This document shows, in pieces, positions 25,801 to 38,189 of a stretch of DNA of 64,000 nucleotides. A model generated the notes under the pieces. That model was not told where the DNA came from, made no database searches, and worked only from the letters and a program-made list of their open reading frames with translations. Positions within the stretch are counted from its first letter, which is position 1. Every line of letters starts with the position of its first letter. The stretch is from NCBI RefSeq assembly GCF_006345805.1, contig NW_021833729.1, forward strand, positions 1-64,000. The letters run 5' to 3'. The position numbers and the translations under genes are program-made. This DNA comes from Octopus sinensis (Eukaryota).

Positions 25801-28800
25801 CATCCACCACCACCACCATAGCTACCGCCCTCAACTCCACCACCACCATAGCCAACGTCACCACCGCCACCATCATCACAGCCACCACCGCCACCGCCAA
25901 CAACGCGACCGCCCCCACCACATCTACCACCACCACCATAGCCACCGCCCCCACCTCCACCACTACAATAGCCACCGTCACCACCGCCATCATCACCACA
26001 GCCACCACCGCCACCGCCAACAACACCACCCTTCACCATCACCACCCCACCACCACCACCACCACCACCGCCACCCGCCACAACGCCACCGCCACGACCA
26101 CATCCACCACCACCATAGCCACCGCCCCCACCTCCACCACCACCACCATAGCCACCGTCACCACCGCCACCATCACCACAGCTACCTACCACCCGCCACC
26201 GCCAAAAACGCCACCGCCGCCACCATTTCCTCCAACACCACCATAGCCACCGCAACCACCTCCACCACCACCATATCCACCGCTCCTCCAACTCCACCAC
26301 CACCATAGCCACCGCCCCCACCTCCACCAGCATCATAGACACAGTCACCACCGCCACCATCACCACAGCCACCACCGCCACCGCCAACAACACCACCTTC
26401 ACCATCACCACAGCCACCACCGCCACCGCCAACAACGCCCCCGCCACCACCACATCCACCACCACCACCATAGCTACCGCCCTCACCTCCACCACCACCA
26501 TAGCCAACGTCCACCCGCCACCATCATCACAGCCACCACACCACCACCGCCACAACGCGACCGCCCCACCACATCTACCACCACCACCATAGCCACCGCC
26601 CCCACCTCCACCACCACCACCATAGCCACCGCCCCCACCTCCACCACTACAATAGCCACCGTCACCACCGCCATCATCACCACAGCCACCACCGCCACCG
26701 CCAACAACGCCACCGCCACCACCACATCCACCACCACCACCAGAGCAACCGGCCCCGCCCCACCACCACCATAGCCACCGTCACCACAGCCACCATCACC
26801 ACAGCCACCACCGCCACCGCCAACAACGCCACCGCCACCGCCAACAACACCACCATAGCTACCGCCCTCACCTCCACCACCACCATAGCCAACGTCACCA
26901 CCGCCACCATCATCACAGCCACCACCGCCACCGCCAACAACGCGACCGCACCCACCACATCTACCACCACCACCATAGCCACCGCCCCCACCTCCACCAG
27001 CACCATAGCCACCGTCACCACCGCCACCATCACCACAGCTACCACCGCCACCGCCAAAAACGCCACCTCCGCCACCATTTCCTCCAACACCACCATAGCC
27101 ACCGCAACCACCTCCACCACCACCATATCCACCGCCCCAACCTCCACCACCACCATAGCCCCGCCCCCACCTCCACCAGCATCATAGACACAGTCACCAC
27201 CGCCACCATCACCACACACCAGCCACCACCGCCCACCGCCAACACACCACCTTCACACCCATCACCACAGCCACCACCGCCACCGCCACCGCCAACAACC
27301 GCCACCGCCACCACCACATCCACCACCACCACCATAGCTACCGCCTCACCTCCACCACCTTCCCATCACACCACAGCCACACCACCGCCACCCCCGCCAA
27401 CAACGCGACCGCCCCCACCACTCTACCACCACCAACCATAGCCACCCACCACCGCCCACACCTCCCACTACAATAGCCACCGTCCCACCGTGCATCATCA
27501 CCACAGCCACCACCGCCACCGCCCACAACACCACCTTCACCATCACCACAGCCACCACCGCCACCGCCAACAACGCCACACCCCACCACCACATCCACCA
27601 CCACCACCATAGCTACCGCCCTCCCCCTCCACCACCACCAAAGAGCCACGTCACCACCGCCACCGGCCACATCCCCCGCACCCCGCCACCCTACTCCAGC
27701 CACCACCGCCACCGCCAACAAACGCGACACCGCCCCCACCACATCTACCACCACCACCATAGCCACCGCCCCCACCTCCACCACTACAATAGCCACCGTC
27801 ACCACCGCCATCATCACCACTCCACCACCCCACCGCAACCACCTCCAACACCACCATATCCACCGCCCCAACCTCCACCACCACCATAGCCGCCGCCCCA
27901 CCCACCCTCCACCAGCATCATAGACACAGTCACCCACCGCCACCATCACCACAGCCACCACCGCCACCGCCACAACGCCCCCCCGCCACCACCACATCCA
28001 CCACCACCACCATAGCTACCGCCCTCACCTCCACCACCACCACCACATCCACCACCCACCACATCCACCACCACCACCATAGCTACCGCCCTCAACACCA
28101 CCACCACCATAGCCACGTCACCACCACCGCCACCATCATCACACCATCCACCACCGCCACACGCCAACAACGCGACCGCCCCCCACCCCATCTACCACCA
28201 ACCACCATAGCCACCGCCCCCCACCTCCACCACTACAATAGCCACCGTCACCACCGCCATCATCACCACAGCCACCACCGCCACCGCCAACAACGCCACC
28301 GCCACGACCACATCCACCACCACCACCATAGCCACCGCCCCCACCTCCACCAGCACCATAGCCACCGTCACCACCGCCACCATCACCACAGCTACCACCG
28401 CCACCGCCAAAAACGCCACCTCCGCCACCATTTCCTCCAACACCACCATAGCCACCGCAACCACCTCCACCACCACCATATCCACCGCCCCAACCTCCAC
28501 CACCATCATAGCCACCGCCCCCACCTCCACCAGCATCATAGACACAGTCACCACCGCCACCATCACCACAGCCACCACCGCCACCGCCAACAACACCACC
28601 TTCACCATCAAACCACGCCACCACCGCCACACCGCCACAACGCCACCGCCCCCACCACATCTACCACCACCACCATAGCCACCGCCCCCACCTCCACCAC
28701 TACAATAGCCACCGTCACCACAGCCACCATCACCACAGCCACCACCGCCACCGCCAACAACGCCACCGCCCCCACCACATCCACCACCACCACCATAGCC

Positions 28801-30375
28801 ACCGCCCCCACCTCCACCACCACAATAGCCACCGTCACCACCGCCATCATCACCACAGCCACCACCGCCACCGCCAACAACGCCACCGCCGCCACCACAT
28901 CCACCAACACCACCATAGCCACCGCCCCCACCTCCACCACCACCATAGCCACCGTCACCACTGCCACCATCACCACAGCCACCACCGCCACCGCCAACAA
29001 CGCGACCGCCCCCGCCACATCTACCACCACACCATAGCCACCACCCCCGCCTCCACCACCACAATAGCCACCGTCACCACCGCCAAGCCATCACCGCCAC
29101 CCAACGCCCCATCAACCACCCAACCACCGCCAACCACACCAAAATCACTCCACACCACCACAGCCACCACCGCCCCCGCCACACGCCACCGCCACCACCA
29201 CATCCACCACCATACCTATCACCGGCCCCACCCCCAACACCACATAGCCACCGTCACCACCGCCATCGCCCAACAACGCCACCGCTACCACCACATCCAC
29301 CACCCACCACCATATCACCGGCCCCACCTCCCACCACCACCACACCCCCGTCACCACCGCCATCATCACCACAGCCACCACCCGCAACCGCCAACAACGC
29401 CACCCAGCCACCACACATCCACCACCACCACCATAGCCACCACCTCCACCCCCACCACACCATAGCCACCCTCAACCCGCCACCATCACCACAAGCCACC
29501 ACCGCCACCTCCAACAACGCCACCGCCACCACCACCCACCACCACCACCATAGCCACCACCTCCCCCCCACCACCACCATATCCACCGTCACCACCGCCA
29601 TCATCACCACAGCCACCATCGCCGCCGCCAACAACGCCACCGCCACCACCACATCCACCACCACCACCACCATAGCCACCCCCTCCACCCCACCACCACC
29701 ATAGCCACCGTCACCACCCCACCACCACCACAGCCCCACCGCCACCCAGCCAACACCTCCACAGCCACACCCACCACCCACCACCATCCACCACCACCAT
29801 TGCCACCGTTCCCACCTCCACCATCACCACATCCACCACCTCCCGACCACCATAGCCACCAGCCACCCCTCCACCCCCACCACCACCACCTATCCACGTC
29901 ACCACCACCACCGCCACCACCACCACACCACTACCGCCACCGCCACAACTCCACCGCAACTATACCACATCCACCACCACCACCATAGCCACCACCTTCA
30001 CCTCCACCGTCACCACCGCCACCATCTCCACAGCCACCACCTCCACCGCCAACAACACCACCGCCGCCACCACATCCACCACCACCATAGCCACCGTCAC
30101 CACCCCCACCATCTCTACAGCCACCACCGCCACCGCCAACAACGCCTCCGCCACCACCACATCCACCACCACCATCATATCCACCGTCACCACCCCCACC
30201 TTCACCATAGCCACCGTTACCACCGCCACCACCACCACAGCCACCACCGCCACCGCCAACAACGCCACCGCCACCACCACATCCACCACCACCATTGCCA
30301 CCGTTCCCACCTCCACCATCACCACTGCTTTAATTACCGCACCCACCACCGCCACCGCCCCAACCGTCACCCCCC
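22871..30375. repeat. 7.5-kb triplet-based (CAC/CGC/CAT) higher-order minisatellite
   Basis: Recurring ~120-126-nt monomer ACCATAGCCACCGCCCCCACCTCCACC...GCCAACAACGCCACCGCC...ACATCCACC, with variant blocks repeated at ~26200, 27055 and 28405. Confidence 0.95.
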
Positions 30376-30893
30376 TCCGCTTCTCTTTATGAAGGAGGGA
30401 AGAAGGGGAGGAGCCAGACAGGTGCAGGTTTGAGCAATGGTCGCCAACTCCGCCTTCCCCCCCCGTTGATTTGGAAGAATCCAGACGACAGCCTCGCTCT
30501 GAAAGACTCGTACGGACAACACTGCCACCACCACCACCGCCGTCTACTTCTTCATTTCTCTCTCTCTTTCTCTCTCTCTCTATTTATCCATCCATCTCCC
30601 TCTCTTTCTCTTTCTCTCCCTAGATTCCATTTTGCCCCAAGATGCCGTCCATATTGGCCAACGACATGTTTCCATAAACCGAGAGTAATCAAGAAACATC
30701 AAAACATTTACACAGATATCAGCTCCGAGTTCACTTTCTGACGGAGACAGATACAGAACAGATCACATAACAATCCCCAACAACATCACACCCCAACTTT
30801 CTCTCTCTATCACTCTTTCTCTCTCTCTATCACTCTTTTCTCATCTCCCTCTCTTTCTGTCTCTCTCTCTCTCTTTCACTCATATATATCATA

Positions 30894-31125
30894 GGCGAGC
30901 TGGCAGAACCGTTAGCACGCCGGGCGAAATGCATTGCGGTATTTCGTCTGCCGTTACGTTCTGGGTTCGAATTCCGCCGAGTTCGACTTTGCCTTTCATC
31001 CTTTCGGGGGCGATAAATTAAGTACCAGTTACACGCTGGGGTCGATGTAATCGACTTAATCCGTTTGTCTGTTCTTGTTTGTCCCCTCTGTGTAGATAAT
31101 AAAGAAATAGGTATTTCGTCTTTCT
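30894..31125 (+). mobile_element. tRNA-derived SINE family B (GGCG(GCG)AGCTGGCAGAA head)
   Basis: Matches copies at 34522, 42044-42641, 59077 and 62630. Confidence 0.85.
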
Positions 31126-31172
31126 GTTACGCAGGCTATAAAGAAATCTATATAATAATAATATATATAATA

Positions 31173-31205
<33 letters not shown>

Positions 31206-31268
31206 ATACATGTGTGTCTGTCTGTGTGTGTGTGTTGTTTGTGTGTGTGTGTGTGTGTGCGTGTATGT

Positions 31269-31315
<47 letters not shown>

Positions 31316-31405
31316 ATATATATATGTATATATACATATATATATATACATACACACACATGTGTGTGTGTGTGTTTATGTATACGAGATGGTGCTGAAA
31401 TGTTG

Positions 31406-31647
31406 CTGGCTATGGTGGCGGTAGCGGTGCTGGTGGTTGTGGCGGTGGCGGTGGCGTTGTTGGCGGTGGCGTTGTTGGAGGTGGTAGTGGTGGTGGTGGC
31501 GGTGGTTGTGGCGGCGGCGGCGTTGTTGGCGGTGGCGTTGTTGGAGGTGGTGGTGGTGGTGGAGGTGGCTGTGGTGGCGGTGGCTGTGGTGGCGGTGGCT
31601 GTTGTTGTGGTGGTGGTGGTGGTGGTGGTGGCGGTGGTGGCGGTGGA
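31406..31647. repeat. Short copy of the CAC-type minisatellite in opposite orientation
   Basis: GGCTATGGTGGCGG..GGCGGTGGCGTTGTTGGCGG is the reverse complement of the 22.9-30.4 kb monomer motifs. Confidence 0.8.
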
Positions 31648-31649
31648 TC

Positions 31650-32250
31650 ATTTATGAATATATTCAACATATTCCCCTCTCTGGCTGCATTGGTTGTCAC
31701 ATTTTACTGCTTTTCCTGCATGTCTATCCCTTTTTTGCATCAGGTACATCGTTGGTATTTCCTCTTCATCGATTGCAAACGCTTGCCCTTCAAAGTGGGA
31801 GGTGGTAATCCAGCTATTGGTCGATGATAAACTGCTTTAATGACCGATGTTCCTATCACCACGGTGCTTCTTACTGATATATCCATGCATAGTATTCTGC
31901 TCATATAGGCTCATCCTTTCATCTGATATGTTGCGTTAGAGTCGTGTGACTTCTTTTGCCATGTATTATAGGTTATCAGACAAAGTGTGTTTCTCAAGGA
32001 GCTGCCTTCCATGACTTATGATATTATCAGCCTCATGTATGCAAACTTGGTCAAGAGATGCACTTCTACACTTTCTGGTTAAAAGATGTTGCTGAAGGGA
32101 TATGATGCGGCATTCAAACGCATTTTGGATCGATGTTAAGACTCTGCCGCCTTGTTTTCGTTTTTGGTAGAGGCGGTCTACGTCACTATTTATGTTGAAA
32201 TTGTATGTGCTTTTCAGACCTTCTATTCAATGAATAGAAGGTCTGAAAAC
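31650..32250 (-). mobile_element. REL-type (R4-like) LINE fragment, post-RT region
   Basis: MHGYISKK..SWITTSHFEGQAFAIDEEEIPTMYLMQKRDR..KCDNQC resembles the SETE/QEQ-zinc-knuckle region; truncated at the repeat. Confidence 0.55.
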
Positions 32251-32396
32251 CACCTGATGAATGTCCTTAGAAGTGACAAGAAACAATTGTAGTGGATAAC
32301 TTAATTTTATTTAATTTATATAAATTTTTTTTATGTATGGATTAAGTCTTTCTTTGTTTTTGATTTGCATAATAGTGGTTTTGTCTCTAATTAATA

Positions 32397-32441
<45 letters not shown>

Positions 32442-32906
32442 ATATATATATGTATGTATATAATATATATATATATATATGTATGTATGTTTGTATGTCA
32501 TATTTATATATATATAGATGTATATACACATATATATATATATATATATGTAATGTATGTATATATATATATATATATAGTATATATATCTATATGTATG
32601 TATGTATATATATATAATTATATATTATGTATATATATATATATATATGTTTATATATATTTATGCCTGTAATGTTATCTCTCCTCCTCCTCTTTCTCTC
32701 TCTCTCTCCCTATATATATATGGTATAAATAAAATAATACAATATATAAATATATTATCATATAGATGGACCATTAGCAATTAAAACTTAAAGGCAAATT
32801 AATAAACAAGGGTACAAAATAGTACCAGATTGTGCTTTTTTGGCTTTTTGAGTCATTTTTTAAACTCTTATTTCTAGTAATGTTGGTACTATTTTGTACT
32901 TTTGTT

Positions 32907-32998
<92 letters not shown>

Positions 32999-33194
32999 AA
33001 ATTTGTGTTGAGAAGACCTGTTGAGTCAAGTGAAATTGTATTCATGGCCGATGCCAGTGCCACCTGATTGGTACCCATATGCCAGTAGTACATAAAAGGC
33101 ACCATTCATGCATGGCTGATGCCAGTGCTGCCTGACTGGCCCCAAGCTGGTGGCATGTAAAAAAGCACCATCCGAACGTGGTCGATGCCAGCAC

Positions 33195-34060
33195 TGTCTT
33201 GACTGGCACCTTCTGGAATATTCCAGCGGTTCCAAGCAGTGCTGTTTTCTGCAAGTGCTCCACCCTTATTGCAGCCCCTATTTGTTCCATGTACTTCTCG
33301 AGATTTTTACTCACTGTTCCCAGGGCTCTGACAATTATTGGTACTACTACCACCTTTTTCATTGACCACAACTGCTTAACTTCACAAGCTAACCTGTCAT
33401 ATCTTTCGACTTTTCTTTCTTCCTTATTGCATATCTTGTTGTCAGCTGGGCATGCTATATCTATGATCCAGTGTAGTTTGTATTCTTTCTCAATTAAGAC
33501 TATTTCTGGCTTCCTATTCTCTATCTCATGGTCGCACTGAATCATAAAATCCCATAGGATCTTTGCATTTCTATTTTTGATAATGCTTTCAGGTTTGTGG
33601 TTGTACCAATTTTTTGCTCTGCCAAGTCCATACTTGTTGCAAAGTGTCCAATGGACCAGCCTGGCTGGTCGTGGCGTTTCTAATGTTCCTTCTTGGCTAG
33701 TGGTGTACATTGGCTGGTAATATGCCATACGGCTTCACCAGTTTGTCCACAAATTCTGCACTTATCACTTTTTGATGTGTTGTCTATGCTGTATTTTATG
33801 TAGTTTGTTCTTAGTGCCTGCTCTTGGGCAGCACAGATTAGGGCCTCCGTTTCCGGTTTTAAATCACTTTTAGTCATCCACAGCCATCTTTTTCTCTATC
33901 TGTCTTATCTTCAACATCGCTATGAAATTGACCATGCATTCTTTTCATTACCCACCTATTTTCAGTTTCATTCGTCTTTAATTTCTTGTATAGTGCTTTA
34001 TCTTTGCAATCTTCCATCCTACACAAGCCTGACCTTCTTATAATAGCAGTTCTATGGCAG
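33195..34060 (-). mobile_element. R4/Dong-clade LINE 3' part (CCHC + REL endonuclease)
   Basis: MHGQFH..KPETEALICAAQEQALRTNY..KCRICGQTGEAVWHITSQC; RLVHWTLC; LWDFMIQCDHEIENRKPEIVLI..IIDIACP..; LQKTALLGTA. Confidence 0.9.
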
Positions 34061-34103
34061 TTTTTACATATGTAAAAAGAAAAAATTATTATTATTATTA
34101 TTC

Positions 34104-34172
34104 AGGCCATTGCCTGGAATCGAACTCGGAATCTTGGGGTTAGTAGCCTGCACTCTTAACCACTATGCCATA
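34104..34172 (-). mobile_element. tRNA-like short retroposon head with (AAT)n tail
   Basis: TGGCATAGTGGTTAAGAGTGCAGGCTACTAACCCCAAGATTCCGAGTTCGATTCCAGGC; A/B boxes, poor acceptor stem, AAT tail. Confidence 0.55.
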
Positions 34173-34521
34173 TACCCATATTTAACCGTAAATAATGTAA
34201 ATGTAAATAATGTACATAATTCCTCATCTCTTAAATATAGAACTGTATTGTTCTGATCTGTTGCAGTCTCCCTATTGCAGGTGCTCTTTCATGAATTGAA
34301 AATCCTAAAATGGATGCAACTACTGCAGATGGTCCAGTACACCTACCCATTAGATATTGACTAACTTCATTATCATTGTTTATTTGAATGGTAGCTTAGT
34401 CATTTCCTTTCAGTGTGTACTTTGTGATGTGCTCAACTGACCTCATTGAGGCAACGATTTCAATGTTGCAGTGGCATTTTACTACTTTTAAAAGTGTTTC
34501 ATTATCACGTACAATCTATTA

Positions 34522-35864
34522 GGCGGCGAGCTGGCAGAAGCATTAGCACGCCAGGCAAAATGCGTAGCTCTATTTCGTCTGCCGTTACGTTCTGAGTTCA
34601 AATTCCGCCGAGGTCGACTTTGCCTTTCATCCTTTCGGGGTCGATAAATTAAGTACCAGTTACGCACTGGGGTCGATGTAATCGGCTTAATCCGTTTGTC
34701 TGTCCTTGTTTAACCCCTTGTGGGTAGTAAAGAAATAGGTATTTCGTCTGCCGTTACGTTCTGAGTTCAAATTCCGCCGAGGTCGACTTTGCCTTTCATC
34801 TTTTCGGGCTTGATAAATTAAGTACCAGTTACGCACTGGGGTCGATGTAATCGGCTTAATCCATTTGTCTGTCCTTGTTTGTCCCTTCTGTGTTTAACCC
34901 CTTGTGGGTAGTAAAGAAATAGGTATTTCGTCTGCCGTTACGTTCTGAGTTCAAATTCTGCCAAGGTCGACTTTGCCTTTCATCCTTTCGGGCTTGATAA
35001 ATTAAGTACCAGTTACGCACTGGGGTAGATGTAATCGGCTTAATCCGTTTGTCTGTACTTGTTTGTCCCCTCTGTGTTTAACCCCTTGTGGGTAGTAAAG
35101 AAATAGTATTTCGTCTGCCGTTACGTTCTGAGTTCAAATTCTGCCAAGGTCGACTTTGCCTTTCATCCTTTCGGGCTTGATAAATTAAGTACCAGTTACG
35201 CACTGGGGTAGATGTAATCGGCTTAATCCGTTTGTCTGTCCTTGTTTGTCCCCTCTGTGTTTAACCCCTTGTGGGTAGTAAAGAAATAGGTATTTCGTCT
35301 GCCGTTACGTTCTGAGTTCAAATTCCGCCAAGGTCGACTTTGCCTTTCATCCTTTCGGGGTCGATAAATTAAGTACCAGTTACGCACTGGGGTAGATGTA
35401 ATCGGCTTAATCCATTTGTCTGTCCTTGTTTGTCCCCTCTGTTTTTAACCCCTTGTGGGTAGTAAAGAAATAGGTATTTCGTCTGCCGTTACGTTCTGAG
35501 TTCGAATTCCGCCAAGGTCGACTTTGCCTTTCATCCTTTCGGGGTCGATAAATTAAGTACCAGTTACGCACTGGGGTCGATGTAATCGGCTTAATCCGTT
35601 TGTCTGTCCTTGTTTGTCCCCTCTGCGTTTAACCCCTTGTGGGTAGTAAAGAAATAGGTATTTCGTCTGCCGTTACGTTCTGAGTTCAAATTCCGCCAAG
35701 GTCGACTTTGCCTTTCATCCTTTCGGGGTCGATAAATTAAGTACCAGTTACGCACTGGGGTCGATGTAATCGGCTTAATCCGTTTGTCTGTCCTTGTTTG
35801 TCCCCTTTGTGTTTAACCCCTTGTGGGTAGTAAAGAAATAGGCATTTCGTCTGCCGTTACGTTC
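34522..35864 (+). repeat. Tandem array of SINE-B: one headed unit plus ~184-bp headless units (7 full + partial)
   Basis: TTTCGTCTGCCGTTACG recurs at ~34573, 34742, 34926, 35109, 35293, 35477, 35661 and 35845. Confidence 0.95.
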
Positions 35865-36074
35865 TTAATGCCTTCACACCCTCGCTTCCACTCTCATTCC
35901 CTCACTCTCACTCTCTCTCTCTCTCATTTATATTTATATATAAACATACATATGTGTGTGTGTATAAAGATACATATATATATATGTGTGTGTATATATT
36001 TGTATATATATCTTAATATATAAAACAAGGTTTGTGTATGTTCTTTATGGATTCAAAAACTGGATCTAGTTGTA

Positions 36075-36585
36075 TGTCAAAGCAAACTCTTACACTGTTG
36101 TATCATTGAATTACAAATAATGCTCATCTTTTATGCTCGGGTGACCCTACAGCTTCCAAGAGTACAACTGTATTCGTCTTTACTTAGATAAAATGACAAA
36201 ATTGTGGGTGTTAAGTCCCCATGGAGGGGTCTTTCTAACTTGTAAGAAGATGAAATTTTATAAGTATTACTTCATTTGTGTCTAATATCTATGGTTAAAA
36301 TTTCGTCAACTGCAAAAATATATGAATTGTCATGGGGATTATGGCCCTTATGCATAGAATATAATTTCCAAATTTCGTAAAGATCCATTCAGTATTTTTG
36401 ACCTACTTTTGGATCATAAAGAAATGACTAAAATTTGGGAGTTAAGGCTCCCATTAGGGTGTCTTAGAATCCTCGTGTGAAGTGGAAACTTTGAGAATAC
36501 TTCTTGATGTGTGTCAATTACCCATGGTTGAAATTTCATCAACATTGAAAATTTAAGAAATTTCATGGGGGTACTGCTCCATTTA
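36075..36585 (-). mobile_element. Internal fragment of the Helitron-type family at 7189-8840
   Basis: High similarity to ~8085-8600. Confidence 0.7.
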
Positions 36586-36619
36586 AACATGTTGCCGAGA
36601 AAAGGATGCATTAGAAAAC

Positions 36620-37040
36620 AGGACAGATGAGATTATAAATGAACGTGATGGTCACGGATTGAAGAGATCTAATGACAACTCAGATTCATCAGATCGAATC
36701 TGAGGTTAAACAACAACAACAACAACAAAGATGTAAGGATACATTAAATTATGTATTCCTAGACACACTGTGCCTGATAAACAGTCGTGATAGTCACGAG
36801 TGGAAATGTTTTATTGATAACTCAGCTTGATCAGGTCGAATCTGGGTCTAAACAACAACAATAAAAGGTAAAGATACATTAAATAATGCATTCCTGGATA
36901 CACCATGCCTGATAAACAGTCGTGAGGTCACGGGTGGAAAAGAGTTAATGATAATTCAGCTTGATAAGGTCGATTCTTGGGCTAAAAAACATCAATAAAA
37001 TGTAAAAGACACATTAGATAATATATTCCTAGATACACTA
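36620..37040. repeat. Degenerate ~135-bp tandem repeat (~3 copies)
   Basis: GA(T/C)ACATTA(A/G)AT..TATTCCT(A/G)GA(C/T)ACAC recurs at ~36739, 36873 and 37008. Confidence 0.6.
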
Positions 37041-37409
37041 TGACGGGTAAAATAAGGAAAAGGTGAAGAATATTGATGATGGATAATTAGGGTTTCTTGG
37101 TTGACCCTAGTTAACTGTCCCTTTGCAGGATTACCCTGCCTTTCATTCACTTTTTCTGTACTGCCGCTTTAAATTTTCCTTTCCTAGACGATAATTCTGC
37201 TGAGTTACTTCCCTGGGATTTAATAAGAGTGGCCTCCCTTGTCATAGCTATTAAACACTTTTAAGACGTATTTTCGTACGTTTCACACACTCAGTATGTT
37301 TCTTAAGTTTCTTCGCATTAATCAATTTTTTTTTTCATTCCATATCTTTTGTCTGTCTCAGTCATTAGACTGCAGCATGCTGGAACACTTCAGTAAAGGG
37401 ATTCGTAGA

Positions 37410-37449
<40 letters not shown>

Positions 37450-37455
37450 ATATAT

Positions 37456-37502
<47 letters not shown>

Positions 37503-37513
37503 TCGATAGATAT

Positions 37514-37567
<54 letters not shown>

Positions 37568-37816
37568 TGATAGATAGATAGATAGATAGATAGACATACA
37601 ATTATATAAAATAGAGTCAACAAGAATGAGATGTTAGACAAGTATTTACAAACGCTACACACCCGATGGATGCCTAAACTAGACTTGGAAGCATAACGTA
37701 ACATTACGGGTATCTGGTAATTGTGAGGACGAACGAGCTCTATTTTGTACTCTTCTTCGTTCCTATTGAAATACAATTAAAATATAGATACGTATATATA
37801 TATATATTATATATAT

Positions 37817-37876
<60 letters not shown>

Positions 37877-38189
37877 ATATATATATATATATAACGGAAG
37901 CTTTATGAAAAATAACAAAAGACGAAGGCAGGTGGAGTACAAAGAATTGTATTAGTATGGCGCTCAGGAATATAAATAAAACATATCTATATTTAAATTG
38001 TGTCTCAGTAGGAACGTAGAAGAGTACAAAACAGAGCTCGTTCGTCCTCACAATTATATACTGGAGGTGCAATGTGGTTAGGGCAGTGGACTCGTGGTTG
38101 TAGGATCGATGTCGTAGGATCACGGATCCGATTTCGAAACCGGTTCAACTGGTACCGTCGTCGTCGTAAATGACATACTGACACGATAT

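Noticed and set aside
23295-29064. Gly/Tyr-rich (GGYG) and His-rich ORFs resembling cephalopod structural proteins
   Set aside because: Both strands and most frames are open because of the triplet composition. There is no signal peptide or splice support, frames switch often, and an inverted patch is present; kept only as a hypothesis under findings.
34104-34172. Possible tRNA-Ser gene
   Set aside because: No proper acceptor stem, no long variable arm, and an (AAT)n tail; treated as a tRNA-derived retroposon.
34522-35864. Regularly spaced repeats reminiscent of a CRISPR array
   Set aside because: Whole 184-bp units repeat with no unique spacers; eukaryotic SINE sequence; no cas genes.
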